Below are positions 24,429-62,387 of a DNA stretch of 64,000 bases, piece after piece (within the stretch, counting starts at the first letter, position 1; each line of letters starts with the position of its first letter). This DNA comes from Pristiophorus japonicus (lineage: Eukaryota). The translations under genes were made by a program, and so were the position numbers. The stretch covers positions 20,026,001-20,090,000 of the forward strand of contig NC_091994.1 of the NCBI RefSeq assembly GCF_044704955.1, given 5' to 3'. The notes under the pieces were generated by a model. It was not told where the DNA came from and ran no database searches. It saw only the letters and a list, made by a program, of their open reading frames with translations.

Positions 24429-25738
24429 GACAGAGGTTGCGACGGTCTTGGATCCGGCCTGGAGATGACGAAGGTTGAACAGATTCCCACTGGTTCTGTA
24501 GTTTAGTTCCACTCCAGCAGGGAGCTTGTTGAGTGTGAGGTGGATCATTGCAGTGAGGAAAATAGAGAAGAGGGTTAGCACGATGACGCAGCCCTGCTTG
24601 ACACCGGTGCGGACGTGGATTGGGTCTGTGATGGATCCGTTGGTCAGGATCACAGCTTCCATGTCGTTGTGGAGCAGGCGGAGGATGGCGACAAACTTTT
24701 GGGGGCAGTCAAAACGGAGGAGGACGCTCCAGATTCCCTCGCGGTTGACAGTGTCAAAGGCCATTGTAAGGTCAAAGGCTGGTGCTGTTCCCTGCATTTT
24801 TCTTGCAGTTGTCGCGCCGTAAAGATCATGTCCATTGTACCCCGTAATGGACGAAATCCCACTGTGACTCCAGGAGGAGCTCCTCAGCCGCAGGAAGAAG
24901 ACGGTTGAGGAGGATTCTAGCGATTACTTTCCCAGTGGCTGATAACAGGGAGGTTCCTCTGTAGTTGCTGCAGTCGGACTTGTCCCCTTTTTTAAAGATG
25001 GTCATGATTACTGCATCTGTGAGATCTCTCGGCATGCTCTCCTCCTTCCTGATGAGAGAGATGAGGGCATGCATTCGTGCCTATAGTGCCTCTCCGCCAT
25101 ACTTTAGTGCGTCAGTGGGGATTCCATCCGCTCCCATTGCCTTGTTGTTCTCCAGCGGAAATCGCTGGAGAAATACCACCAACGATGTCTCTGCAAGATC
25201 CAGCAAATCCCCTGGGAGGACAGACGCACCAACATTAGCGTCCTCGATCAGGCCAACATCCCCAGCATCGAAGCACTGACCACACTTGACCAGCTCCATT
25301 GGGCAGGCCACATTGTTCACATGCCTGACACAAGACTCCCAAAGCAAGCGCTCTACTCGGAACTCCTACACGGCAAGCGAGCCCCAGGTGGGCAGAGGAA
25401 ACATTTCAAGGACACCCTCAAAGCCTTCTTGATAAAATACAACATCCCCACCGACACCTGGGAGTCCCTCGCCAAAGTCTGCCCTAAGTGGAGGAAGAGC
25501 ATCCGGGAGGGAGCTGAGCACCTCGAGTCTCGTCACCAGGAGCATACAGAAATCAAGCGCAGGCAGCGGAAGGAGCGCGCAGCAAACCAGACTCCCCCAC
25601 CCACCCTTTCCTTCAACGACTGTCTGTCCCACCTGTGACAAAGACTGTAATTCCCGCATTGGACTGTTCAGTCACCTAAGAACTCACTTTTAGAGTGGAA
25701 GCAAGACTTCCTCGATTTCGAGGGACTGCCTTTGACGA
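24429..25738. mobile_element. RTE-clade LINE with a 5' inversion (minus part 24429-25150, plus part ~25160-25738)
   Basis: RT segment on the minus strand and 3' segment plus tail on the plus strand, all inside one 13-bp TSD (11/13 match). Confidence 0.85.
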
Positions 25739-28059
25739 TGAACCTAAACGCCCAAATCCCTCTGGTCTTCCACTTCACTCAGCTTTTTCCCATTTATAGT
25801 ATAATTACTACAGTCTTTATCAAAATGCAACACCTCAAATAAACTGTCCTTGAATTCCATCTTTTACCCATTCCACCATCTTAACAATATCCCCCTTCCA
25901 GCTTTCTTTGGTCCTTAAAATTATTTGCTGTGCCTCCTATTTTAGTATCACTGCAAATTTGGACATCAGCCTCACTATCCCTATATCCAAATCATTAATG
26001 ACCAGAAATAGTCCCAGAACGGAGCCCTGTGGGACACCTCTATCTACTTCCAACCACATTGAGAAACTGACCGTCACTCCTCCTCTCTGTCTGTTCCCTC
26101 TAACTTATTTTTAATGCTCCACTTTTTTATGCTCCATAGTTTTTAATCTTTTCCAATCATCTCCTGTGTGGCTCCTTGTCAAAGGTGTTCAGAAAGTCCA
26201 TATACACCACATCCACTGCATTTCCCTGAGTGAATTCCGGTGCATTGGGCTGGGTGACGAGTGTGAAATGCACTCATTAGGTTTCCAGTCTAGGTACTTT
26301 AACTCCCAGACCTCACTTAAACTCTGTCAGTCCACTTCCCATCCGGGAGGGAATAGGGTGCAGGTCGGCTGCCAGTCGGGGACATTTTGGGCAGCCAAAG
26401 GCAATCCACCAGCTTCCAGATTAAGGAGCACTCCTCCTCCTGGCCCCTACCAGGCAAGAGTGATTACACTTCAAAAGTACTTCATTGGCTGTGAAGGAGG
26501 TGAAAAGAAATGTATAAACACAAACACACCACTGATTACAGACATTACACATTAACAAAGATATAGCAACATAGGCAGCATCAATTTCAATCTTATCTTA
26601 TTAAACTGATACGTTTTTAATCATTACTTTCCAAGATTGGGATTGTAAAACCAATCATGACCCATAAGTAATCTGGGATCTGGAGCATGGTTGTAATAGT
26701 TGACCACTAACATGTCTTGTATATTTTTAAAAGTCACTTACTAGGCAAATTAAGATTGTAGTAGTTACTTAGAAACTGAGAGGCCAGTTGTAACTGCTTG
26801 TAATGTTTTGGCTCCAGTACAATGACTGGAGTTCCAGTTGCTTAAGATTGTTTTGCAGTGCTAACAAAGTATAGCAATTGGTGTGAGGCAGATAGATGCC
26901 TGCGTGATGCAAAGGGGACAAAATGCCAATGGGTCCACTTTGCTGGTGGAAGTGAGGCGGAGCGCAATGTATGGCCACCATTGAAGGATTCTAACCCCAT
27001 CCCAAATTGCAGGAATGGGATCATTCGCATATCTAGGATAGGTAGCCAGTGCTTGTAAGGACGTATCAGAGATGTCCACGCACCACTATCCCTGCTAGAT
27101 GCAGCAGCACCCAGCCTGCCCCAAGGCTCTTCTGCTACTAGATTGTGTTCCCAGCCCCAAAGAGAAACCATCACTGAAAGATCTTCGGTTCCAATGATAG
27201 CCATAAATCTAGCAGCATGAGGTGATCAATTCCCTTACTTCTAGCAAGGCCTGGAGCATGAATCTGAAGGGTTTCAAGGATTTAAAGAGTAGAATTCCCA
27301 GGAGAGCATGAGATCACCCCAGACACTTCCCCCATTGATGTGGAGAGGTCAGATGGAACATCTGCCCAGGGTTCCCCTATTGGTAAATGATTGGACCAAA
27401 CTCCAGACGCAATTTGGTTTGCCCCATTTTCCGTTAAGGTGTAGGTGTGTGCCTGGTTAAGTCTGAGAGGTGCAATTGTTCTGCGTTCTTGAGATCAATG
27501 GTTTGGTCAGTTAAAGGTCAGCCTGGCATTCTTTTGTTAAGTGTTGGAAGATCACAACATCAAACAGAGATAAATCAAAGCTTAATTATCAGGGCATTTT
27601 GTGAAGTGGAAGGTGCTCCTCACTTCAGGTGCAGTCAGCCTTGCCTCCAAGATTGTTTTGCATTTGTTACACAAGTGTGTGAGATCAAGGTACAATAAGT
27701 AATGATCACTGCACTTTGGGGGTTATAAAGTAAAGCACCTAGATAATAGACATTAGTTTGTAAATGCATCATCCAGTTTGAAACTGAGCAGGGAGCTCCC
27801 AGATTTGTGCTCAGTTATCCATTCGCAGCCAATATAGGGCATAGAATATGTAACCCACATTCTCATTTCCATTTGCCGTCCAATGACTCTTATTGGAAAG
27901 TAAGTATGTATATCAGATGAAGAGACTGAGCTCTGATGCAAAACATGATAATACAGTACCAGCCTCCCCAACACTATCTCGGCTCATAATGAAAAAAACT
28001 ATTTGGATGGCCACGAGGGAGTCAATATCTTCAGGCAGAGGAGAAAAAAAAAAGAGAAT

Positions 28060-28130
28060 AAATGCGCAATACAAAATACACAAAACAAGGAACAAGGCAT
28101 ATGTTTATCACCAACATTTGGTCTTTTATT
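28060..28130 (-). terminator. Polyadenylation signal and downstream GU-rich element of MIDN
   Basis: AATAAA at 28130-28125 on the minus strand, followed about 25-60 nt later by ccttgttccttgttttgtgtattttgtattg. Confidence 0.65.
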
Positions 28131-29691
28131 ATTTATACCTGCGGAGTCGTTTTTTTTTCCAATGCTATACAAAAACCTAATACAAGTTTGTACATGTTCA
28201 GATTACCACATAACAACCAATTACTGTATGTCCCACAAACCATTGTCAAGTCCTAATGATACATGCATGTAAGTTTATCTACATACCAATACATTATAAT
28301 TTACTGTTTTCTGCTTCATTCCAATGCTTAGGATGACAGTGCGTCACCCCTCTTGTCTTGCCAAGGGTGTAAGGCAGAGGTAAATGCAAAATCCCAAGTG
28401 ACAGTAATTGTTTGGTTACATTGAACCAACCCCATCCCAAATGAACTACAAGGCCTGTTCCAAGTCACCATGAAATGTATTGCTTAGATTAATGGAAACT
28501 GCTGCAGATTCCATGGAGGAGATTGCATCAACCCTGGCTGTGTTCAAGCTGTGACGTCGTTTTCCCCCTAACTTTCAAATGCACAAATAAATACCTAGTT
28601 CACAGTCACCATTTTGGTTTATAAATTAATACAGTCACATTTGTGCTACACCAGCCTAGCTAGAACATTGTATTTTTTTTTTTTAAATTGGCTACAAGAA
28701 TACAGAATATTTAAATGAGGTGTTCATACATTTAATCCCCACCAACAAATTGGTGAATTAATGCTTCTTTACGTTTTTCTTTTAAAACCAGGATAGGGGC
28801 ACAACGGATAGCACACAGTACAAAGTCAGTTAAATATATATATGTATATATATAAAAAACCTACAGTAAATACGAGCAGGAAGTTCACAAACAGAAGTGG
28901 GATGTTACAAAGTGTGCCTAGTCACAACGGTACAGGACATGACAGGGGTCCAGACGGCACACCTTGATACACCACAATGGCCTTGCAGGGGCTTAGTTGC
29001 ACAGGTAATGGAGGCACAGCCTAGGACATCTGGATGAAAGAACGGAGTTAGCTTGGCGAAGAGAGTGTTCCGACATTTGTTTTGTACAGTAGCGAGCGTA
29101 AACAGGTGACAATTCTATGACAAAGACAGGGAACGTTGGAACAATAGGAAGACGCAGAAAAACAAAGTGGGAGGGGGCAGCACTGGCCTTTCCATAGACT
29201 GCAATTAAGAGCATAGGTGGAAGAAGAGGTGGGGGTGGGGGGGGGGGGAATTCTCCCAGCTGATATGCCAGGGACACAGAAGTAGACTTGGGAACAAAAA
29301 GGCACTTGTGTTACTGACACTGGTGAGGAAGAGATTGGGTTGTGTAATATTGTGACATCACAGTATTGCAATGGTAGGACCTTGGGTACCTCATGTACTG
29401 ATTTCAGTTGCAGTCATGGCTACAGTGCCAGATAAGCATGGAACCAATTCTTTCTACACTTTTAGGAACACACCCCACACACTCCGCATCGCGCCTTGTG
29501 TTTAGCAATTGCCACATATTTAAAATTCATTTCAAAATGGGCCCCACTAAGGATCACCGAGCTAACCCTCGCAGTTTTGAAGATGTTGGGCTGTTTGGCC
29601 ACAAACAATATCTTTAAGTACTGAATTTATAAAGAGTATGCAGGCTTATGCAGCAAATTTTGATTTAACCCCATCCCTCCCCCCACCCCAG

Positions 29692-29726
<35 letters not shown>

Positions 29727-31020
29727 AAAATGTAAATGTTATTTTTTTTTTAATTGTTGGGAAACTGCCAATTTCCTCAGAAAATGAAAAATTGTACCAT
29801 TAGACTAAATAGATAACACTTGTATAGTGTAGAACAAACAAGTACGAAGTTGTGTGCCAACCCCAAGGTCTGCATTATAAGAATTACCTTCGCTCCCAGG
29901 CCTAGTTCAATGCCCATTGCCTGAACTGCACGGCACTGAAAGCAGAACCAATATGGCCTCCGTCTACTGGTAAGCCAAGACGTGGTATGCAAAATGCAAG
30001 AGATAACTTGAAACGATGGATCTCGCAACTTATCTACAGTCTACACTAGCTAGTACTGTACCACAAGTGTACCTCTAAATGATCTGGCTCAGTTATGTCG
30101 GAAAAATGACAACAGAGGCGTTTAATCAGCCTCACCATGTATAGATTTCCACCCCCTCCCACCCCCAAAACAGTAGGGTAAAATGACTGAAAAAAAAAAC
30201 ATCACTTTCCCCAGAACAGTTCTGCTCGTGCCAACAATTTCAACCTTTCCCATGTGACACAGGCCATCATAAATATGATGCAGAGCAAAACCCACTATTC
30301 TCGTTTCCAAAATCTACAGCTTCACCAGGGCTGACAGACACCCGTCACCATGGACACATGCAGTCACCATTAGAGAAACCTACTTGAATGAAAGCTACCT
30401 GTTGTCACGCTGTTTAAAAATTGTGCAAAATTTCAGTAACTGAATGCTTTTGAGAGTGTCGGTGAACAATGCTACATACAGTATATATATATTTTTTTTT
30501 AAAAGACTTCATTTTTATTTTCCTGTCCGATAAAAGCATCGTGCCCCCATTGACCTTCAATGAAGCAAAGGAGACTTTTTGCAATTGCAGCTCTCCTGCT
30601 GCTTTCGCGTGAAGAACAGTGCAACCATGGCAACAAGCAGCTTCATTGTGCGGCTTTTTATCACCAAGAGGAAAGGCCTGCTCATGTCCGGACACGCCAA
30701 GACTTCTCCGATCTCCGTCATAATTGACCATTTTGTAAGGCAGCCATTTGTTGTTACTGCAGACACACCGACTGCTGTTTGTTAGATCCACTTAAATCAT
30801 GTGACTTCTTTCCATCTTGAACTACAGACAGCATTCTTTTTTTTGTGGGAATTAAAAGTTTTTCAGATGTACAGTCCTGATTTCAGGAGACCTTGCTTTC
30901 TCTCTCTGTCTCTCTAACTTTCGTATACTCCATCTGCAACCTCTGGAAGCTTGCTCAGAGTACATTTGGTCGCTGAAATCAAAAGTGAAGTCCTGCTTTT
31001 TACCCCCTCGCCAGGTAGGT
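28100..31020 (-). other. MIDN: MIDN 3'UTR (~2.9 kb)
   Basis: Transposon-free, AU-rich stretch between the stop codon and an AATAAA at 28130-28125 that is followed by a GU/U-rich element. Confidence 0.65.
29693..29724. repeat. (CA)16 microsatellite, (UG)16 in the MIDN 3'UTR
   Basis: Read directly from the sequence. Confidence 0.95.
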
Positions 31021-57037
<26,017 letters not shown>

Positions 57038-57079
57038 TCGATTACCTTTGATCGGTCGTGAGTCACAAAAGAAAGTCCC

Positions 57080-57100
57080 TCAGACACTTAAAGGAATCAT
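57080..57100 (-). other. Upstream ORF MIPLSV* in the MIDN 5'UTR
   Basis: ATG ATT CCT TTA AGT GTC TGA; the only AUG in 57438-57038. Confidence 0.55.
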
Positions 57101-57314
57101 GCAATTATTATGTGTGCTAAATAGAAGATGGAAAGCCAATCCCGGCGCTCCCCTTTTTGCTGAAAGATTGATGGCCAAAGTGTGCGATGTACAAAAGGTT
57201 TGGGTTTCTCCGTGTGAGGGTGTCCTGCTTTTTTGGTCTTCGAAAGATCTCTCAAGACAAGAGGGGTTAAGGAAAGAAAGCACAAGCGATTTTGCCCAGA
57301 GCTCTATAAGCCGT

Positions 57315-57329
57315 GTCTCTCTGTCTCTG

Positions 57330-57362
<33 letters not shown>
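57315..57362. repeat. Compound (CT)n(CA)n microsatellite in the MIDN 5'UTR
   Basis: Read directly from the sequence. Confidence 0.9.
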
Positions 57363-57454
57363 GCCCTGCCGACTGCCTACGAGCCTGACTCTGGCTGACT
57401 CCGCCGCGATCCCCCGGAGAATAATCCTCACACAGCGTCTGCAACAAAGAAAAC

Positions 57455-57630
57455 ACAGCGTCAGCCAATCAGCGGCCGCCCGACGCCTCAACCTTCCCCA
57501 AAGTATCCACCTGTTCCCCGGCACCAGCCAATCGGCCGCCACTCCCATTGTGACGTCCCGCTCGCTGCTGGCCGCCCACTCGTCAGTTTCAACCATTCAC
57601 AAAAGGCTGCGCCGCCCGCCACATGATAGC
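57455..57630. promoter_or_regulatory. CpG-rich regulatory cluster (alternative promoter or intron-1 enhancer)
   Basis: Two AGCCAATC..GGCCGCC modules (CCAAT at 57465 and 57528), CRE-like TGACGTCC at 57551-57558, and EGR-like GAGTGGGCG on the minus strand at 57581-57573. Confidence 0.5.
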
Positions 57631-59074
57631 ATGCCCAGTTCCTGCCCCCTCCACCCCCTCCCCACACACACTCTGTACCTGAATTGAAATTCGCAATGAA
57701 TCGAGTGAAACAAAGGGTCAACCTGATGTTCTGAGGGGTGCAAACGTTTTGTTAAGATTCTTTTTTGAACTCCCCACGAGAGAGAGAGAAAAAAAGCATT
57801 TCACAGAACATTTGGGATGCCCATCTTCTCCAGGGTCCACCATCACACAAGGTGATGGTGGGCTGCAAACAGGCTGTTAGAAATCTCGATTTTCGTTTAA
57901 ATATTTAACCCCCCCCCCCAAACAAAAACACAATAACCACGCATTGTGCTTGAGAATGAATCAAACGTGTTTGTACCAGTCCCCAAAGGAAATAAGCCGA
58001 TGCATGTATAGCCCAAATGCTTCAGTAATAAAAACTTGAAGCTTGCAATTTTCGTCGACCTTGACAACGTTTGCAAATAGAATTCAAATATATTTTTGCC
58101 CCTCGATTAGCTGTACGATTTCACAAATGCACCAAAAACTTAAGAACCGAGCATACTATTTTGCAAACCAAAAATGCATTTGTTCCGCTTATGAGCCGTT
58201 TTAGAGAAAACGCTAAATTTAAATCAGACTTTATTTTAATTTAATTTAGCCGACTTAGTTTGGAAGTGCTTTATTTAAATGCTAGCCCACTACTGTAGTT
58301 AACCATTAAACAGCCGGAATACTCCCAGTTTGGAGACTCTAGCTTCATGGATAGCCCGACAGTCATTATTAAAGCAACACTATAAACATTCTAGTAATTA
58401 TTTCTCGTTATCGTATTTATTAGCCAGTACCATAAAGATAATTATGAAAACCTTGACGCCGTTTGCATTCTCGCCGTAGCACTGGGCTGTGGGGCTTGGT
58501 ATCTGACAGAAATGCCACTAACTCACAGTACACGAGCAACACCGCTACCTTCTGGTGATTTGTGGCACTACTCCGCCGAAATAAACGGCGATGGATTATG
58601 TATATTGAAGAACCTTATCAAATGACAATGCTTCAAACTTTCTTACATTTCTTACTGGAAGGAGCAACCATTTGCGGATAGGGAAAAGAGAAAATACGTA
58701 GAGTTAGGCCAATAAAATAGGAAAGTCGGGGTCCATTCACACAACAGTTATTGGTACAGTAAGAACAGAGATAACTAGAAGCTATGGAACCAGATCTTTG
58801 CAGAACTGTATATTAAAACTCAGTAAAATAGTACATATCACATTAAACAGATCGGCTTTTCTGAATAAAGTTTTTACAGTATCAGTAAAATTAGGACCAT
58901 TTATTCTCGTGCAATGGAAATGATACACTGCACCATTTTTTGGATTATTGCCGCCAATGTCTGTTTAAGCCTTCACTATTAGCGAATTTGCCAGATTAAT
59001 GTTTCACGCGACTGTCCTCCGTTTAATCCCAGGTTACGTATTCGCTATGAAGGCTTGTCAATCTAATTGCTTAC

Positions 59075-59205
59075 CAGCTTTAGTTAAATCGCTCTTATTC
59101 TTAGTAGTTGCCCTCACTTCAAAAATAGGTTCCTTTAGTTAACGGCACGAATTGTAAATTCCTTTAAAGTCGACGAGATCGATGTCCTCCTGAAGTTGCT
59201 GCTTT
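59075..59205 (-). other. Candidate non-coding first exon of MIDN
   Basis: Strong donor CTG|gtaagc at 59075/59074. The 5' end is inferred about 30 nt downstream of the TATA-like box; the TSS cannot be seen directly. Confidence 0.4.
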
Positions 59206-59600
59206 AAGCCTTTGGCTCAGGGCTGGTCTTGGTATTTAAGGAGATAGACGTGACGCCGACGCCCGGGTGTGGTGGGAGTCTGAAATGCAGGAACTGTCTG
59301 GCAGCGATCAGCGGCAAAGGCGGAGCCATAATCCCCCGCTGACATCACCAGCACCAGCAACCATCTCTGAATCACAGTTTTCGAAATGTACTGAGCAAAG
59401 AGGTTTTTCTCGGGGGGCAGAGAGAGATAGAGAGAGAGACAGCGCGGATCCTGCGCGGTCAAGCAGGGTCTGGAGCATTTCGGCTTGGCGTTATACCGAC
59501 GCGGGGGGAGCTGGCGATCAGCCGGCTGGCGGCTGGTGGCGCCTTAGGCACGTTTTGCACTCTCCTGGTGCAAGGCATAGTAACGCGATTACGTGTTAGG
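59206..59600 (-). promoter_or_regulatory. Candidate MIDN promoter (CpG-rich)
   Basis: CpG-dense segment with TATA-like TTAAATA (59239-59233) directly preceded by overlapping CRE half-sites CGTCACGTC (59255-59247) and a CACCC box. Confidence 0.5.
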
Positions 59601-61062
59601 AAGTGTCATAACAAACAGTTTCTAATCAGCATCAGTCAGACCTGGGACATTAGTAACGCACTTCTCTGTACAGGGTTTGTGCTGTACACGTCACGATGTA
59701 TACATTTCCTCCAAAAAAAAACTAAGTCGATTCCAAATAAACAATTGCCTGGTGCTAAAGATATGTTTTCTGCTACAATCTGCCTTTCATATATAAACAG
59801 ACCTTGCTGCCTCTGTCTGTATCCCAATAATCAAAATACATCCAGTATGCTAAATGGAACGCAGAATTAATCTCACATGTAAATGTTAACGCTCCACGCT
59901 ACAGTACCGATCAATAGGTTTTTAGCCTTATAGTATAATTACACAAATAAATAGTATTGAACCGTCTCTGATTTGCATAATGTATTCAAGCAAGGAGTTG
60001 GGAGCATTTTCGCGCACGCTTGATTGATGCTGTCAAAAACATTAATAATGTGCTTCGGGTCTGGTCAGAATAACTTTCTCCGTGACTCACAGTTACTGTC
60101 ATTTTAAAGTCAGCACTTTGGGGAAGGAATTAAACGAAGAAGGCGTTCCTGTTACTGGCAGTAATGCATCACACAGGGACATATTTTTCACATTATAATA
60201 TCGCTGCCCTGTTTATATTGGAGTGCTGTTATTGGATGAAATGCGTAAGCTGTTAACCTGTGGGTTCGTCTATAAAATCTGTACACTGCATTGAGTTTTT
60301 TTTTAAGGTAGAAAAGCAGACAGGAGGGGAGGGCTTTAGCCAATGCAGAACCACAGCCCCCTGGTTAACTTTGTGGCTGCTTTGTTAAAACAATGGTGTT
60401 TGAACCAAAAGTAGAAAACAGAAACTAAACAAGAAAACGATTTAATTACACATGAGAGATAGTAGTCCAAGGGGCATGTTCCTGGGATTGTCTTTTGGAA
60501 AGCCTGGTTAGAATGTTATCCCCGAGATTGTCCGGCTGTGACAGCAGTGTAAACGGCCAGCTAGTCGGCTTGTGTTCTGGCTGAGAACCTGCATTGAAAG
60601 GTAGGCTCCTCCTCTTGACGTGCAGGGAACTCCTGTTGGCAGATTGCGACATATTCACAGTTGAGGCCAAACTCCGGCTGCACAAACATGTAACTAGGTA
60701 CCGAGCACATAGTGCGCCCAACTGACCACCAGCCGGCGGCACCACGCTGACTCACTGCCAGCTGCCTCTGCACTTCCATTGGCATTGAGCCCTCCCTCTC
60801 CTCGGTGAGCCACAAGCAGTGACAAATCTGGGAAAAATGCCGTTCCCTCTTGGACAAACTGCCGAACTGGTTCACGAAGGAAGGCACACTGGTATGGGAC
60901 TTCAGTTCTTGGGAAAGACAAGCTTGGTGAATGTGTTTCTCACCATTTAGAAGCGCTTTGAATTGAGGGCTGTTGGTCAAAGTGTGCATACTTTTTGGGG
61001 GGCTCCTGCTGCCACTCAATTCCATGTCCATCCCTCCCATTACTCCTTATTCAAATCACTTT

Positions 61063-61445
61063 ATCATAGAATCATAGAAATTTACAGCACGGAAGGAGGC
61101 CATTTCAGCCCATCGTGTCCGCGCCGGCCGACCAAGAGCTATCCAGCCTAAACCCACCTTCCAGCCCTTGGTCCGTAGCCCTGTAGGTTATGGCACTCCA
61201 AGAATTTTTTTAATGTGGTGAGGGTACCTGCCTCTACCACTCTTTCAGGCAGTGAGTACCAGGCCCCCACTACCCTCTGGGTGAAGACATTTCCCCTCAT
61301 AGCTCCTCTGAACCTCCCCCCAATTACTTTAAATCTATGCCCCTGGTTGTTGACCCCTCTGCCAAGGGAAACAGATCCTTCCTACCCACTCTATCCAGGC
61401 CCCTCATAATTTTATACACCTCTATCAGGTCACCCCCTCAGTCTC
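61063..61445 (-). mobile_element. CR1 LINE 3' end
   Basis: (ATCATAGA)2 tail; reverse complement of 41228-41590. Confidence 0.8.
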
Positions 61446-62387
61446 CTCTAGTCTCCTTTAGTTCAGTATACATGCTGTGTGATTGTGACTGTGGCACCTT
61501 ATTCTTACCTTGCCCCCCTCACCCTCTCCGTGCCCATCACCAGTCAAATATGCCATCTTCCTCCACTTTGGCCCACCTTCATGGCAGCACCCTCAGATGA
61601 TTGCTGACCTATTTGTCCCAACATAGCCAGGATGTATCCAAAAATAGCTTCCCCTATACCTGTATGGTCATCTCCAATGACCGCCAGGCTTCCATCTTTG
61701 GTATCCTCATATTGTTCATCTATTTGCAGGTCCCCTTGCACTCTGCAGCTGTAGAATTTATCCTGGTGGGAACGGATAAAAATCAGGAATGGGAGAGATG
61801 GAAGAATCAACCAGAAATAGTCATCCTTGATAGTAAACCTTGTAGCTTATACAGAAGTCCTGTGCTTTTGTTCCTAGTCCCATGAGAAGTCTGTATTTAG
61901 AAGTTGATTATATAAGCTAACTGTACCTCTTATGCACCTCTGCTGGTGATTCTTGCACATTTCCTATTGTCAATTCTTACATTTCTCTCGCTCGTGATTG
62001 TGTTACTGCTTCTCCTGCACGTAATTCTGCAGTGTCTCTTGCCTTGCTGTTAATCCTGATGATCTTGTTGCTCCTGTGTCCGGAACCTAAGGAGCTGGAG
62101 ATCCCGCCTCACGTCCCTCCCCCCTTGGCTGCTGCTTGGTTGCTGTATGGCTGGCCTCTGGTGTATGACTGCAGAAGGCTGGCTGCTGCTGAAGCCTGGC
62201 TACAAGGCTGGCCGGCTGTTCCAGGTCTCTGTTTCCTGTTCTGCTACTGGGGGCTCCAGTTCCTACTATACTGCATTGGTCTATTCATTTCCTCTCTTCT
62301 CCATCAGCTGTTGCAAGTTTATAGGTCAGGAACCCCTTTCTAAACCTGCAGTGGCTCCCGAGCCAAACTCACTGGATGTGTTTGAAA

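Larger units (their letters stand above)
22820..26225 (-). mobile_element. Old CR1 LINE interrupted by a MITE (23312-24266) and an RTE (24429-25738)
   Basis: Decayed CR1 RT motifs on the minus strand ([25 protein letters not shown].., DKAMKK) that continue across both insertions. Confidence 0.7.
57038..57438 (-). other. MIDN: MIDN 5'UTR portion of the ATG-containing exon
   Basis: Good acceptor ctgacgctgtgttttctttgttgcag|ACG at 57439/57438 with a CTGAC branch-point motif. Contains a (TG)n(AG)n microsatellite and one uAUG. Confidence 0.6.
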
